From Neocallimastix sp. 'constans' (Eukaryota), in assembly GCA_050613775.1 (NCBI GenBank), contig JBODTK010000015.1, positions 124,001 through 188,000 of the forward strand: a DNA stretch of 64,000 nt, read 5' to 3'. Positions within the stretch are counted from its first letter, which is position 1, and the number at the start of each line of letters is the position of its first letter. The notes beneath the pieces are model-generated. The model had not been told where the DNA came from. It was given only the letters and a program-made list of their open reading frames with translations, and ran no database searches. Of this stretch, positions 1-14,135 are shown piece after piece. The position numbers and the translations under genes were made by a program.

Positions 1-84
1 TACGAATATTATAATTTTATTAATAAAATTTACTAAACTAAACCCACTGCTTATAAATTATTGCACATAAAAGTCCCGCATATC

Positions 85-2554
85 AATAATGTAAACACGT
101 GATTGTCATATTAAATTAATTTCTACATATTATATTTTAATTATAAAATATAATATTTAGCTATATTAGATTCTTATATTTTATTTATATTAAATATTTA
201 TATTATTATCTTAGTTTATATTATCAATATCAAACTTTTATTAATGCTATTACATATTCATATTAATAATTAATATTTAATTAATTATTTTATATAAATA
301 CATGTTTAAATCTTTTGATTAATCCTTTGTAGGATTTTTGTAATTTAAATTATAGTAATAATTATATAAAATAATAATGTAATAAAATATTATTAAGATT
401 AAATAAAATTTATATTTTAAATAAAAACTTAATTATAAAATTTACTAATAACAATATGTTTTAAATAAGAATAAAATTTAATTATTAATTAATTACTATA
501 ATTTGGCATCTTGACCTAATCGTTAAGACCAAATTATCACAAAACTTTGACAATAATCCTACCAACAATCTATCGATTACTTCAAGATGTCCACAACAAT
601 TAGGATCGATCCTAATATATCATTAACAAGTAATGATATATTAAAGCTACTAAAAGAAGAATTTGTTACAATCGAAGAATATAATGAATTTATTCACAAG
701 ATGAAGAAGAAAATAAAATCGAGGATATCAGAGATGAACAAAGCAAAACAGGTCGTCTACTCTCAGAAAGTTGTTGTAACAAAATCAATGCTAAACGGAT
801 CAATAGACTTCAGAAGTGCTAAGTTAGCTTTATGTCAAATTGAAAGATTAATATTACAAATTAATCAGAATATTTCTAATTTTGAACAGGTTGATAAGTC
901 CATGATATTTTTAAAAGAAGAAATTTCTAATAAAAGACAGAAAGAAGCTAATATTAATGAAAACAACATTAATAAAAATAATAATGAATTAATTAATAAA
1001 AATAACATAAATCTCATCACAAAATCTGAACTTCCTGATAAGGAATCCTACGAAGAAACTACAAGACACAGTAAAAATGACTCTAACGAAGAATCAAATA
1101 CAATTAAAGGTAGCAATCACAAAAAAGAAAAAATAAAGTCTAATAAAGTTAGTGGAAATAATAAAATGAAAACTAAACAAAAATTAAAATTAAAGAAATC
1201 ATATAATAAAAATACATATAATAAATTCAATCCAAATCTATTAGTTGCAGTATTTTCATTTCAAAAATTAATATTTATTTTTTTTCAAATTAAAAGAGGA
1301 ATAAGAGCAAATTCACATGAATCTGATTTTTCTCCACTAGTAATGGGAATAAAAAATTCATTCAGTTCAAAAAATTGACTTACTATTTTAATTAATACTG
1401 CACTAAAGATATATTCAATTATAATTTACATTTTTTGTATTCTATGATAAATAATTATATCAAACTAAAATTTCTATTTCTTTAAATAAATATCCAAATC
1501 TTTACAGTTATATTGTTTTTTTTATAATGAAAAATAAAAAAAAAAAAAAAAAAAAAAAAACGAACAGTTATATTTAATAAAATTATATATTTAATTACAA
1601 TAAATACAAAAACAATTCAAAAATTCAGTAGGAATCAATATTTGAAATCAACAATTTTTCTTTGAAATCAAAAACCTTATTTATATAATAATTAAACAGT
1701 TGAAAATAATCAACTTTTTCCTTATTTTACAGTTAATAATATTCTCTATAAGAGTTATAATTAAAATTTTAAAATTTATATAGTTATTAAATTAATACTA
1801 GTTAAAATTTAATAATAAAGTATAATTTTATTATATTTATAATTTAAAATTCAACAATATCTTATTGGAACTGATCTAATATTATATAGAGAGGGACGCT
1901 TTTCTTATAGAATTATTTTGTGTTGAAATGATAATTATGATAAGGACGCTTTCATAATTATTAACGTTAAAAATATATTAAATTGAATATTATAAAATAT
2001 TCAATAAGTTATATTGATAAAATATATTCAATAATTAAATTGATAAAATTTTCAATTACAATTTCAGAATTTAGAAAATTAAAAATTAAAAATTAAAAAT
2101 TAAAAATTTTAAAATTTCAAATTTCGACATTTAAAAATTTCACATTACGAAATTTCAAAATTTAATAAAAATTATATATTCAACGATTTAATATTAATTT
2201 TATATTTTAATATATTTATTATTCACTATATTTTAAAAATTTTCAAAAATTTCATAGTTAATGGTAAAAATTGAAATGTTAATTTCAATTAAATTTCAAA
2301 ATTTCAATTTCAAAAATTTACAAGGGAATATATATATTAAAAATGGTATCAACATATTTAAAAATATTGAATTTTATAACAAAATTTTAATTTTAACAAT
2401 TTTTGACAAATTTCAAATTTCACGAAATTGTCACTTAAAAGGTCTTCTCCAAAGGATTCAAGTGACCTTTTAATTCCTTATTTACTTTAAAAAATTAAAA
2501 ATTTTTCTGTAATAAATTAAAAATTTTTTTTAACAATGTTACACAAATCGTCTG
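85..2554 (+). mobile_element. Non-autonomous LTR element 'A', copy 1 (partial 5' LTR, PBS-like site, orphan ORF, long AT-rich 3' region, cut just before the PPT)
   Basis: 85-590 and much of 1620-2554 are the reverse complement of 16756-17233 and 14321-15535. TGGCATCTTGACC at 504 follows the LTR-like segment. Confidence 0.75.
587..1378 (+). CDS. Orphan ORF of element A (263 aa): coiled-coil-like N-terminus, N/K-rich linker, hydrophobic segment, SHESDFSP motif
   Basis: Intact ORF homologous to 15830-16759 (VTIEEYN, SID, SHESDFSP shared, with synonymous codon differences). Confidence 0.7.
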   Translation: MSTTIRIDPNISLTSNDILKLLKEEFVTIEEYNEFIHKMKKKIKSRISEMNKAKQVVYSQKVVVTKSMLNGSIDFRSAKLALCQIERLILQINQNISNFEQVDKSMIFLKEEISNKRQKEANINENNINKNNNELINKNNINLITKSELPDKESYEETTRHSKNDSNEESNTIKGSNHKKEKIKSNKVSGNNKMKTKQKLKLKKSYNKNTYNKFNPNLLVAVFSFQKLIFIFFQIKRGIRANSHESDFSPLVMGIKNSFSSKN

Positions 2555-2605
2555 TTTGTTCTTTATTATTTATTTTAATTTAATAATTTTGTTATTTATC
2601 ATATA

Positions 2606-3373
2606 TGATACGGGCTGGGGTTGAAACACTAAAATATTCAAAACAAAAAAATAAATATTAACACATAACTATAAAAATAAATTTGGAAACAAGAAAAAAA
2701 AATTAAATTTTAAAATATTCTTTATTTAAATTTAAAATTAAAATTATTTGTTCCAAGTATTAAAAAGAAAGAAATTTATTCTTCTTTTTATACTTTTATT
2801 TTAATACATTTTATTTATTATTAATATATTCTTTATAAAAAAAAACTATTATAACTATTTTATTTTAATTTTTAACTGTTATTTTAAATTATTTTTTTAA
2901 AAAAAATAACATTTATTAAATTAAAATATAAAAATTAATTTAGAGATTGTATCACGAAGGGCATTCCGGGCGGTAGCTTCTTCTTGATATTGTTTTCAGA
3001 GAGAGAATTATACGGAATTGATATTCTCTGTATTTTAGATCTTTTTTATTATTGAAATTCTGTATTTTAGTTCATTTTTATTTTTAATAAAGATTTAATT
3101 TATTTTTGATTTTTGATTTATTTTTTAGTTTATTTCAAAGGTTTAGAAAATATTATACAGAAACTTATAATTCTGTATTTTATATCAAATATTTATTGAA
3201 ATAGGTTTTTATTATTCTTAATATAAAAAATAAGAATTAGTAATGATTTAAATATTATATAATTTTTAATAAGAATATTTAATAATAATTTTTATTATAT
3301 TTAATATTAATAAAATATTTTTATTAGAATATTTAATAATAATTTTTATTATATTTGATATTAATAAAAGAAT
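2606..3373 (-). repeat. LTR-like repeat 'B', copy 1 (truncated)
   Basis: Reverse complement of about 17440-18309; terminus TGATACGGGCTGGGGTTGAAACAC at 2606. Confidence 0.75.
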
Positions 3374-3391
3374 TTTATTAATATTAAATAA

Positions 3392-4138
3392 TCCTACCAA
3401 CAAACTATTTTTACTGCTTGTATATTAACGGCTTCTGGAGAACCAAGAGAGATTATCCAAGAATTAGAAGATGGAAATGACCTTTCTGAAGATGAAGATT
3501 CTGATTTCGATAGTGATAGTAAAGGAGAAGATGATGAAGAAAGTGAATCAACTAACACCTACCCAAGCCTTGATGAAATAATAAATCATCTGAAGACTTT
3601 CTATGGACTTAAAGAAGATCAAACCAATTTGTTACGAGAATTACGTTCCATGAAAATAAAGAAGAACGAGAAAGTTAAAGATTTTAATGTCCGTTATAGA
3701 TCTTTGTACCATAAATTGGATAAAAAGAGAAGAAGAAAAATTAGTGTTTTAGATTATGCAAATTCCTTAACCAATAATCCTGACGTATGGAGAAAGGTTA
3801 TGCTTAAAGACCATATTTCTATTACCAAAGCGTTCGCTATAGCTGAAAAAGTTGATCTTTTATCTATTAAAAATAGTACTGAATATTATGATAAGACTCC
3901 TTACAATCTCCTTAACTCTAAAAGTGATTTTAAGAAGAACATTTCAAATGATTTTAACAAACCAAAAACCCACAAAAATGTATTTATAGAAAATATCTCT
4001 AACAAGATGAAAGAAATGAAAATTAGTACTTGCTGGTTTTGTAGCAATGAAGGACATACCAAACGAAACTGTCCTAAATTAAATTCTATATTGGAAAATA
4101 ACCGCAAGAAGTTTTATGAAAATCATTTAAACCACTAA
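3392..4138 (+). pseudogene. gag: Ty3/Gypsy gag, 5'-truncated, with CCHC zinc knuckle
   Basis: Frame is open from 3392 with no Met; CWFCSNEGHTKRNC; directly upstream of pol. Confidence 0.85.
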
Positions 4139-4178
4139 AAGGGAGTAGAAGCACTCCCATCGTCAAAAAAATTGCTTC
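4126..4178 (+). promoter_or_regulatory. -1 programmed ribosomal frameshift signal (slippery heptamer plus H-type pseudoknot)
   Basis: T TTA AAC in the gag frame at 4126-4132, an 8-nt spacer, stem 1 GGGAGT/ACTCCC, stem 2 GAAGC/GCTTC. The -1 frame is open into pol. Confidence 0.85.
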
Positions 4179-7100
4179 AGTCTGCCATCGTCCCAAAACA
4201 GTTGACTTAAAAGAAGATGATGATTATGAAGAAACTGCTGATTTCCAAGAAGGTACTACTACGGATTATTACGAAAATTTTGATGATGAGTCGGATGGTT
4301 CCAAAGAATTAGATTACTTTGTAAACGTTATAAAAAGAAAGGCAAATTATAAAGATGAAAAGACTAGTGACCAAAGAGGAAAGAGGGTTCACCGTAGTCT
4401 AAGAGATGATCCTAAGCCAATAGTTACTCCAGGTTTACGAAAACAAAAAGAAAATCAATTAAGGGGAACATCGCGACCAGTCAAAAAGCCAACAACTCAA
4501 TTACATCCTTCGATTATGGCTCAACCCAGAATAGAGAAAGAAAAGAGGATTGAGAAAGAGCTAAGAGATAAGGAAAGAGCTAGTACTAGTACTTCTGTGG
4601 AAAATAATAAAAATAGTAATGTTAATGTTATTAATGAAGAAACTTCTCAGGAAGGAAATAATTCTAAACAAACTTTAAATAAATTAATTCAAAAAAAATC
4701 ATCAGAAAAGTCAACTGAAATTATGCCAACTAGAATTTCAAGAAGAGTACAAATGCAAACTGATTGTGATAGTTATGACGTGATAAAAGATTTAAACTCC
4801 AGTAATTGCAATATTACATTTGGACAATTATTGGACGTTGCTCCAACGATACGGTCTCAAGTATCACAAGGACTTAAATTAGAAAAGAATAATACTAAAA
4901 TTTCAGGTGTAGTGGATAATATGTGTGCTACTACAATAATAACGAACAATATAGATCATACATATAAAAGTAAACATCATGAACCACAAGAAGATGATAT
5001 TGCTATGGTTGATGTAATATTAGATTGAGTTCGTGGTAAGGCTTTAATAGATTCATGTAGCAACTTAAGTATTATCACAAAGCAATTTTTAGATAAATTA
5101 CCTTATCAGTACGAACCTATAGGAATTAGTGCAGGACGAATACGTTTAGCAACGATGAATGATGATTACTCAGAAGATGTGTTAATCAAAGTTCCCGTAA
5201 AAATTAATGAACTAGAACTACTTGTTACGTGTAGAATTATAGACAAGGAGGATCCATTCTATGATATATTAATCAACCTCAAAACTCAAATTGATAACCA
5301 GTTATTTATACACCCAATTAGATATAGTCTTTGTCGATTTAATGATCAAGGTTTAATTGAAGAAATTGCACCTATTAATAATGAATATGATGATGAAGAA
5401 AAATTATTATGTGTAATCAAGGCATTGAATCACCAAGAAGCTAGACAACAATTGAAAACGATTGAAGGATCACCACCCATAAAATATATATATGACACAG
5501 TTTTTCAAAGTACAATTAATTCAAGTTATAGAGAAGCTATTACTAAATTACTTGAAGAATATATTGATATAATTGCAACTTCTTCTGAAGAATTAACACC
5601 TTCAGATTTATCACCATACAAAATTATTCTTAAGGAAGGAGTTAAATCTATTAAACAAAAATTTTATCGACTTAGTAAATTAAAAACAGATATCTTAAAA
5701 GAAGAATTAACCAAACTCATAAATAAACGATTAATTGAACCTTCATGTTCAGAATGGTCATCACCAGTAGTACTTGTGCCTAAAAAGAACGGTAAATGGC
5801 GCCTGTGTATTGACTATAGGAAAGTAAATGAAGCAACTAAGAAGAATTCTTATTCTTTACCAAATATTGAGGAAATTTTTGATAGCTTAGATGGAGCAAA
5901 AATCTTCTCAACATTAGATCTTTATTCCGATTATCATCAAATATTAATGGATGATGATAGTGTTGAAATCACTACCTTTACAACTAAGTTCGGAAACTAC
6001 CAATTCAAGGTAATGCCCTTCGGTTTAACAGGTGCTCCAGCTACATTCCAAAGAGAAATGAACCGTATACTATTCCCCTTAATAGGAAAATGCGTCTATA
6101 ACTTTATTGATGATATTTTAATCTACTCAAGAACTGAAGAAGAACATCTAGAACATCTTAAACAAGTCTTAGAAATATTCAAGGAACATAAGTTAAAAAT
6201 CAATATCGAAAAATGTTCTTTCATGCAAACTGAAGTAGAAGTACTGGGACATAAAGTATCCTCAGAAGGTTTAAGTCCATTGGAAAACAAAGTTAAAGCT
6301 ATTAAAGAATGGAAGACTCCCTCTAACATTCATGAACTTCGATCATTTTTAGGAGCCATTGGATATTATAGAAATTTCATTAAGGACTTTGCAAAAGTTA
6401 CTGCACCTCTCTGCACTCTATTAAGAAAAGGTGTTAAGTTTGAATGGAAAAAGGAACAAGAAGAAAGTTTTAAAATTCTTAAAGAAAGATTAATCAATGC
6501 TCCAATATTAAGATTTCCTAGATTCGATAGAAAATTTATTATAAGAACAGATGCTTCCTATGATGGTATAGGCGGTGTGCTTTTACAAAGGATGATGAAA
6601 CTGGAAAGGAACATCCGGTTCATTTTATTAGTAGAAGTTTATCTAAATCGGAAAAGAATTATGGAATTACGGATCTAGAAGGTGCTGCTCTAATTTACTG
6701 TATTAATAAATTAAAATCTTATATTATGGGAAATCCTAAGCAAACTATAGTATATACAGATCATAGACCATTAATCGGATTACTTAAAAGGAAGGAACCA
6801 CAAAATTCTCGTCATACTAGATGGTGTTTGACTGTCAGTATGTTAGGAATTGATTTACGATATGAAACTGGAAAGAATAATGTTGTCGCAGATGCTTTAT
6901 CAAGAATGAAAAATGAAAAAGAAAAAGTTGTCTTAACAACATAAATTATCAAAGAACAAAATGAAAACCTGCTTTCAAGAACCATTAAGGAATTTATTGA
7001 AGAAAAATTTAAGACAATTGATGGTGTGGACTACTTTGTTGATGGCAATAATTATAGAAAATTAATTACAGATACAAAAGAAAAACTTCAATTAATTTTT

Positions 7101-8126
7101 CAAGCACACAGTATAGGACACGAAGGCTATTACAAGACATATCAACGTTTGAAAAGGAGCTACTATTGGAACAATATGGTTAATGACATTAAGCGAATTA
7201 TAGGTAAATGTGAAAAATGTCAATTAAATAAATCTCAACCATACCCTGAACCAACGGAAGATAAACCAATTGAAGTGGAAGGACCATTTACACACTTAGG
7301 ATTGGACATTATAGGACCTCTAAGTAAAACCAGAAATAATAATCAATATATAATCGTTGTGGTTGATTATTTTACTAAATGGGTTGAGGCAGAGCCCACC
7401 GAAAATGTTACTTCTCAGGATGTGATAAAATTTTTAATTAATGTATTTGCTCGACACGGTGTACCTCAAATTATCACTACTGATAATGGAACACAATTTA
7501 CATCAGATATGACAAAAATCTTCCTTGATTTATATGATGTATATGTTAAATTTATTACCCCATATCATCCTGAAAGCAATGGTTTGGTTGAGAATCGTAA
7601 TAAAGAAATTAGAAAATTATTACGATTACTAGGACAACAACACAAAGAGTGGGATGAAATTTTACCATCTGCACTTTGGGCTTTAAGAACTACTAAAAAC
7701 TCAATCACCAACCATTCAAGTTTTGAATTAGTTCATGGAAGGGAGGACCAACAACCTTTTGACATTGCTGCCAGACCAACTAAGGGTATAAATAAGTCTT
7801 CTGACGAAATTCTACTGGAAAAATTTGTATCACACTACCAATGGGTAATGGAGGCCGCATCTAATATCAAAAATGCTTCGAAGTATTGGGCTACTAGGAG
7901 AGAAGAAAAGATCAGTATGAATCAAGCTAAAAGAATAAAACCAGGTGATTTAGTACTAGTAAGAAACTTTAATAGAACTAAATTAGAGCCTTACTTTGTT
8001 GGACCTATGAAAGTGGTAAAGAAACAATTCAATACAGTCACTTTAGCCGACCCTGCTACTAATATACAAATGAATCGTAATGTTCATTTGAAAAATATTG
8101 TCAAGTTTAACTCAGCTTCTACCTAG
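4132..8126 (+). pseudogene. pol: Ty3/Gypsy pol (PR-RT-RNase H-IN), disabled
   Basis: Protease LIDSCS; RT WRLCIDYRKVN, MPFGL, FIDD; RNase H TDAS, TDHRPL; integrase H-H-C-C, LDIIGP, TDNGTQF. Stops at 5026 and 6942, frameshift near 6588. Confidence 0.93.
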
Positions 8127-8136
8127 CTTGAGTCTT

Positions 8137-10400
8137 AGCGGGGGCATCTTAATACAGAATGAACAAATAATACTAATTGTGCTAGAATAATATAAATTAT
8201 TCTAACCTTATAGATTATTCTATTCTATATAATTGGAACTTTCCAATATTCTTCAAATATTACTAAATAGAAATCTTAAGTTAATAAATCACCAATCAAC
8301 CTATAATTCCTTTTTGAATTATCGATCCGATCCCATTATAAAGTATTAAAAATCTTTAGCCAAGAATATTGTCCTTGCCCACTTAATATATTAATATTAT
8401 ATTTCTTTTGTAATATGTTATATTGAAAATAATCAAATTTATTTAATTAGTTATTAAAATTTTCGCTATCAATTTAAATTTATTTTTAATTACTAAATTT
8501 AACTAAACCATAATTAAAATATTCTGTATAATCTCTTTATTTTTATTCTATATATATTAATATTAAACTATTATTAAATAATTAATAATTCAATAATATA
8601 AAACTAATATTTATAACAATAATATTAATAATTCAATTTCAATTTAAATGTTTTATTTATTAAAATAATTAGTAATTAGTTTATTAAGAAATAGTTAGGC
8701 TTTACAAATTTTAATTTGATAAAAAAATATAAATACATGTAATTTTTAGTGAAATAAAATATAATCAATAACTTACTTTTATTAAATAAATAATTATATT
8801 ATTATTTTTCTTTTATAAATTTAAATAAATAAATATTGATTTTAAAACAAAATTAATTTTATTGTAATTTTATTATTTGTGTTAATTATTATTATATTCC
8901 TAAAACTATATGAACCATACCATCGAGGTGTAAGAATCTATAATTATTTTTAACAAAATAATTATATTTTCTTAGTTAAGTTATAATAATATAACTTTAT
9001 TTAGATTATATTACTTTGGTATACTTAATTATAATTAATAATTTATTTAATATTATATTAAATATTTATTTAATTTAGTATTAGAAAATTATTTAGATAA
9101 ATAGTTTTTATACATTTAAATAATAATAATAATTTATTTAATCATTCATTTAGATATCAAATTTATTAGTTTAGTAATTTAGTTAAATTAAACTATGTAA
9201 CTAAAACATTACTCTATATTGTATAATGTATTCTGTATTTTATAATGTATCTTATATTTTATTTAATACATAATTTAATATTATTTATATATTGTTTTCC
9301 TTATATGTAAATTCATATTTATATGATCGAAATATCTTTTATTCTTGTTCTTTTATTTTCGATCATTAGATTAGATTAACCAATCGGTTAATTAAGGTTT
9401 TTCCAATTACTTCCATAAAGTAATTGGTTTTACTTAATTAATACCATGATCGATATGGATAGAATATCGATCAAAAGCTTATCTAGGTTTTTCTATCTAA
9501 TCTTTTCCTAGATAAGAGAATTGTTAAGATTAGAACCCCTTTTGATTTTAACCTTATTTTGACAAAAAAGTATAAATAAGGCTCTTGAGTTCTCTTTGAG
9601 AAATCAAGAGTTATTATTATAACAAATATAATAAATAATAATAATAACAATAATAATAAAATAAATATTTTTAATTACTTTTATATTAATAAAAAATAAA
9701 ATGTTTAATAAAAGAATTCCACAAAATATAAACCGGCTCTCTTTCTAAGTTTAGTGTTTCGTTTATTATATTTGCTATAATAAACTCCAAGTAATTAGAT
9801 TTGAATCATAGGTAAGTATGATTCTTTTCTAATCCTTAATATTAGCAGTTAGAGCTAATATTAATGATTAATAATTTAATTACATTTTATAATTAAATTA
9901 TTACACGAGGAATAAATAGTAATGTCTGAACAGAAATTGTTATGTAAGTTTACCTAAAATGTTAATATTTTGATATAATACATAGTTTAAATTTAAATAA
10001 AATAATATGTTTTATTAAAAAATATTCACTAAGTCGATACGTCTATATAGTAATATACTATATAGATATATAATAATAATAATAAATATTTAAATGGTTT
10101 AGTTTAATAAAAATTTATTTATAATAAACTTTGATAATTAGAATTATTAAATTAATTTGATTTTAAATTTATTTATTTTATTTAATAATAAAATATCTAT
10201 AATATATTACTATTAAGGTAATTTTTCAATAACTTTACAAAGAATATAAAAGATAGATTTTTACATCTTTCTTTTATATTTTGTAAGTTACATAATAATA
10301 ATATTTAATTATAAGATATTAATAATATAGTAATATAAATAATAATAAAATATAAAGATAAATTTAATTATATAATTAATTTGAATAATTGAAATTAATA
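8137..10400 (+). repeat. PPT-like AGCGGGGGCA followed by a probable 3' LTR or non-coding region of the Gypsy element
   Basis: Purine tract just after the pol stop; TATAAATA at 9571; no matching 5' LTR in the window. Confidence 0.35.
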
Positions 10401-10406
10401 TAGATA

Positions 10407-13400
10407 TGTTGTAAAGGGAGAGGTCCAAAACGCCAATTTTTTCACGTGATATATCAAATTTTGAGGCTTTTTAAATTAATAGTTATATGATACTATTTTG
10501 TTGTATTATTAATTTGTAATTTTTTTCTTAAAATTTATTAAGTGAATAATTAAATAAATTATAATGGTTAGATAAAAATAAATATTTTTTTACAAAAAAA
10601 AAAATAAATAAAATAAAATATTCAAACAATTAAAAGGTTTATTTTAAAAAAAAATATTAATAAAATAATTTAACAATTATATAGATTTATTTATTTAAAA
10701 AAAAATATTAATAAAATACTTTAACAATTATATAGATTTATTTATTTAAAAAAATATTAATAAAATATTTAAACAATTATTAATAAAATTAATTATAAAC
10801 ATTAATAATAAAATATAAAAATATAAAAATATATTATTGATATTAATAATAAAGTATAAAAATATAGGATTATTTATTTTAAAAAAAATATTAATAAAAA
10901 TTTAAACAATTATTAATAAAATTAATTATAATAATAAAATTATAGAATATTTATTTAAACTACATAAATTTTATCAAGTTTATAAACATTTTAACTTTTT
11001 AATAATTATAAAATTTTAATTAATAAATTTAATTATAAGTTTTTGTATGAAAGAATTTTAATGATTTTTTCTTTTGGAAATTCCTCTGTCATTTCATAAT
11101 TATTTGTTATAAAATAATATTTATAAAATATTATTTAAATTATTTAAACATTCAAACCACAATTTAGTAAGATCACTTCTATCATATTTAATATCAATTA
11201 ACTTGGCTTCTTTATTTTTGTATTTTTCAATTAAGATATTAATTTCATCAGTTTTTGTTTTTATTTTTTTTTTTCATTCTCCAAATTCCTTTTATTTTCA
11301 TTTGGTAATCATAATATGATAAATGTTCCTGTTCCTTTAATTTATTTATTAATTCATAAAAATTTGGTTTCATTGGAAATAGTTTATTTAAAGAATTATT
11401 GAGTGATTCTGAAGCATTATTGGTTATATGTTCAATATTATTATAATAATTCCAACTTTTCATATCGTAACCAATTAAATATGTTTCTTAAAAATATTCT
11501 AAAAATTTTAAAAATTGACAAGAATTTTTTTCAATGGATTTAGTTTTAATTAATGAAAAAATATCCATTATGTATTCAGGGTTGATAAATGGTAAGTTTG
11601 AGATTCCTTTGTAATAATTAAATATTTTTTCATCATCGTTCACTTCATTACGACACAATTCATTTTTTTTAATTTCTAATAAATTTTTATAATGCCAAAT
11701 ACAGTATTTATAGGAAATATTTTTTTAACTGCTTGGATATGCCTTTTTCAAAATCGCAATGTACATTTTTTGGTTCAGTTATAATATTATTATTAGAATT
11801 TTGTTTTAATTTATTGAATAACATTTTATATGTTTTTTGCTTTTTATTTCTTAATATTGCATAAGAAGTAGTATAAAAACTATTCAATTCTTTAACGTAA
11901 GTTCTAGTAATAAACACTTGTTGACTAAATTTAGGTGCGATATAAAAAGTACCATCCACAAATATATCATTATTATATTTCTTAAATAATTTTGCTTGAA
12001 AAGGGGATTGAAAAATTACTAAATCAGAATTTTTGAATATCATAAAATCTTCATTTCGTTCAGTTTTATAATATTCAGATTCATTAGGAATTTCATTAAA
12101 AGTTGTTACATTGGATGGTAGTTTTTTATTAATACTTCTTAATATTAGAGTTTTAACTGAAATATATTCTGGACATGGATATATAAATCCCATTTCTTTA
12201 GAAATTTCATTATATAGTCTTTTTCGTTTTATATCAAAAGGATTTGAATGTTTTTTAATTTCATCTTTAATTTTATGTTTCATTACAGAGAGGGATACAC
12301 TATATTCGTTTCCAGGATGATTATGTAAACTCTCATATTTTAAGATTTCTTTCTCATTATTTAAAATAATAAAAGATTTACATTTATTATTTTATTTATA
12401 TTCGGTACATTTATAAACTCTTGAATTATCTTTCCTTGAATGTGAAAAATTAAATTTATATTGTTTATTAATAATGATTTGTTCTTCTCCTCTGTTAGAC
12501 TAACTTATATAAATAGTTATGTTTTCTTCCATTTATAAATTTTAATATATAATTTTTAATTATATCTTTTAAATTATTATATTAATTATCTAAATATTAT
12601 TTTTTAATATTAATTCTGAACAATTAAATATTCAATTTTTTATAAAAGATAAATAGTATTTTAATTATTTCTTTTTTTTTTAATATTTTTAAAAAAAAAC
12701 AGATATATAAAATATATATGAAAATATTTTAATTTTTATTATTTAAAAATAAATTATTTATTTAATGTATATAAAAAAATTTAATTATTTATTTATTCTA
12801 AATTAATATTAATTATTTTTTTTTTAATATATACTAATAAAGAATTTATGAATTAATTAATTATTATATTTATATTATAATCTAATTAAATTATTAACTT
12901 TTAAGTCTTTTTAAAACAACAAATATATATAGCATTTTTTAGCATATAAAGTAGAACTGGGCTTTCTACTGGTTGTTATGTGGCGACTTAATAATCATCT
13001 GGTGTCCAGCCAACCCCTGCTGGTATCTATTCTTGATCTGATTTTCCCGATAGGGTTTGGAGAAAGGGTAAAGGGGTTATAATGGCACAATTTCAGGTAA
13101 GTATTAATTCCGCTCCTACCATTATTGGATTGCCACGTATTTAATTTCTATATTTGATCACCCATGGCATCCTAGTGTAGTTGTATAGCCTATACTGAGA
13201 GGGTTACGAGTTCAATTTCTATAGGATAACACGAATGTTATTTGGCAAGACATGTCTACTGGAGCTACCTCTGCTTAGGAATTTGGAGCGCCGACGTCGT
13301 ACTGATATAGTATAAGATATATATACCAAAGTATATATGTTCTTTACAAGCCCATATATATAATATGGGATAGACATGTGAATTCATATGTGTAAAAAAC

Positions 13401-14135
13401 CTATTTATATATCTCTACAAAACGGTTGCGGTAATATATAAATAGTAATTGAAATGTGAACAACAAATTTTAATTTTTGAAATTTCAATTTACAGTTATA
13501 ATTTAAGTCTTATAAAAATATTATTTTGTAATTTTTATTATTATTTAATATTTTATTTATAAATTATATATAAAATAAAAGGTTTAATTCTATTATTAAG
13601 ATGTTATAATAACAACTAAAGTTTTAGTTATAATATAAAAAATTAATATTTTAAATAATATTAATTTAAATATAAATTTATAAAATAAAATTTTTTAATA
13701 ATAAAATATAAAAATATTATATTGATATTAATAATAAAATATAAAAATTTAAAAATATAAAAATATAATATTAATAGAAAAATATAAAAATATAATATCA
13801 ATAATAAAATATAAAATATAAAAATATAATATAAATATTAATAATAAAATATAAAAAATAAGGTTATAAGAAAAATAATTATTTATCATTTTCCTTATAA
13901 CATGATTGTCAAAAAAAAAAATTATATAAAAATATTTTATTTTTTATTGACCTTTTTAATTTTTATTTATTTATTTATTTACTTATTTATTTATACATTT
14001 ATTTCTTTTTTACTTAAAATTATATTAAATTTTATGGCGTAATAATATAAATTTTAAAAGCCACAAATAAATAGATGGCTTATTAAAATTTCAAAAAAAA
14101 AAAAATTGGCGTTTTGGACCACATTCTTCACATCC
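10407..14135 (-). mobile_element. Mutator-like (MULE) DNA transposon
   Basis: Inverted termini with a perfect 21-bp core GGTCCAAAACGCCAATTTTTT (10422-10442 and 14100-14120); transposase remnant inside; no clear TSD. Confidence 0.85.
11120..12532 (-). pseudogene. MULE transposase (FLYWCH-like zinc finger plus DDE domain) with stops and frameshifts
   Basis: YKC..C..HNH; FVDGTFYIAP; HCDFEKGI; CIWHY; TNNASESLN. The 3' end is approximate. Confidence 0.88.

Noticed and set aside
5026..5028. Programmed TGA readthrough or alternative genetic code
   Set aside because: The same pol has another stop and a frameshift; GGA-to-TGA decay is simpler.
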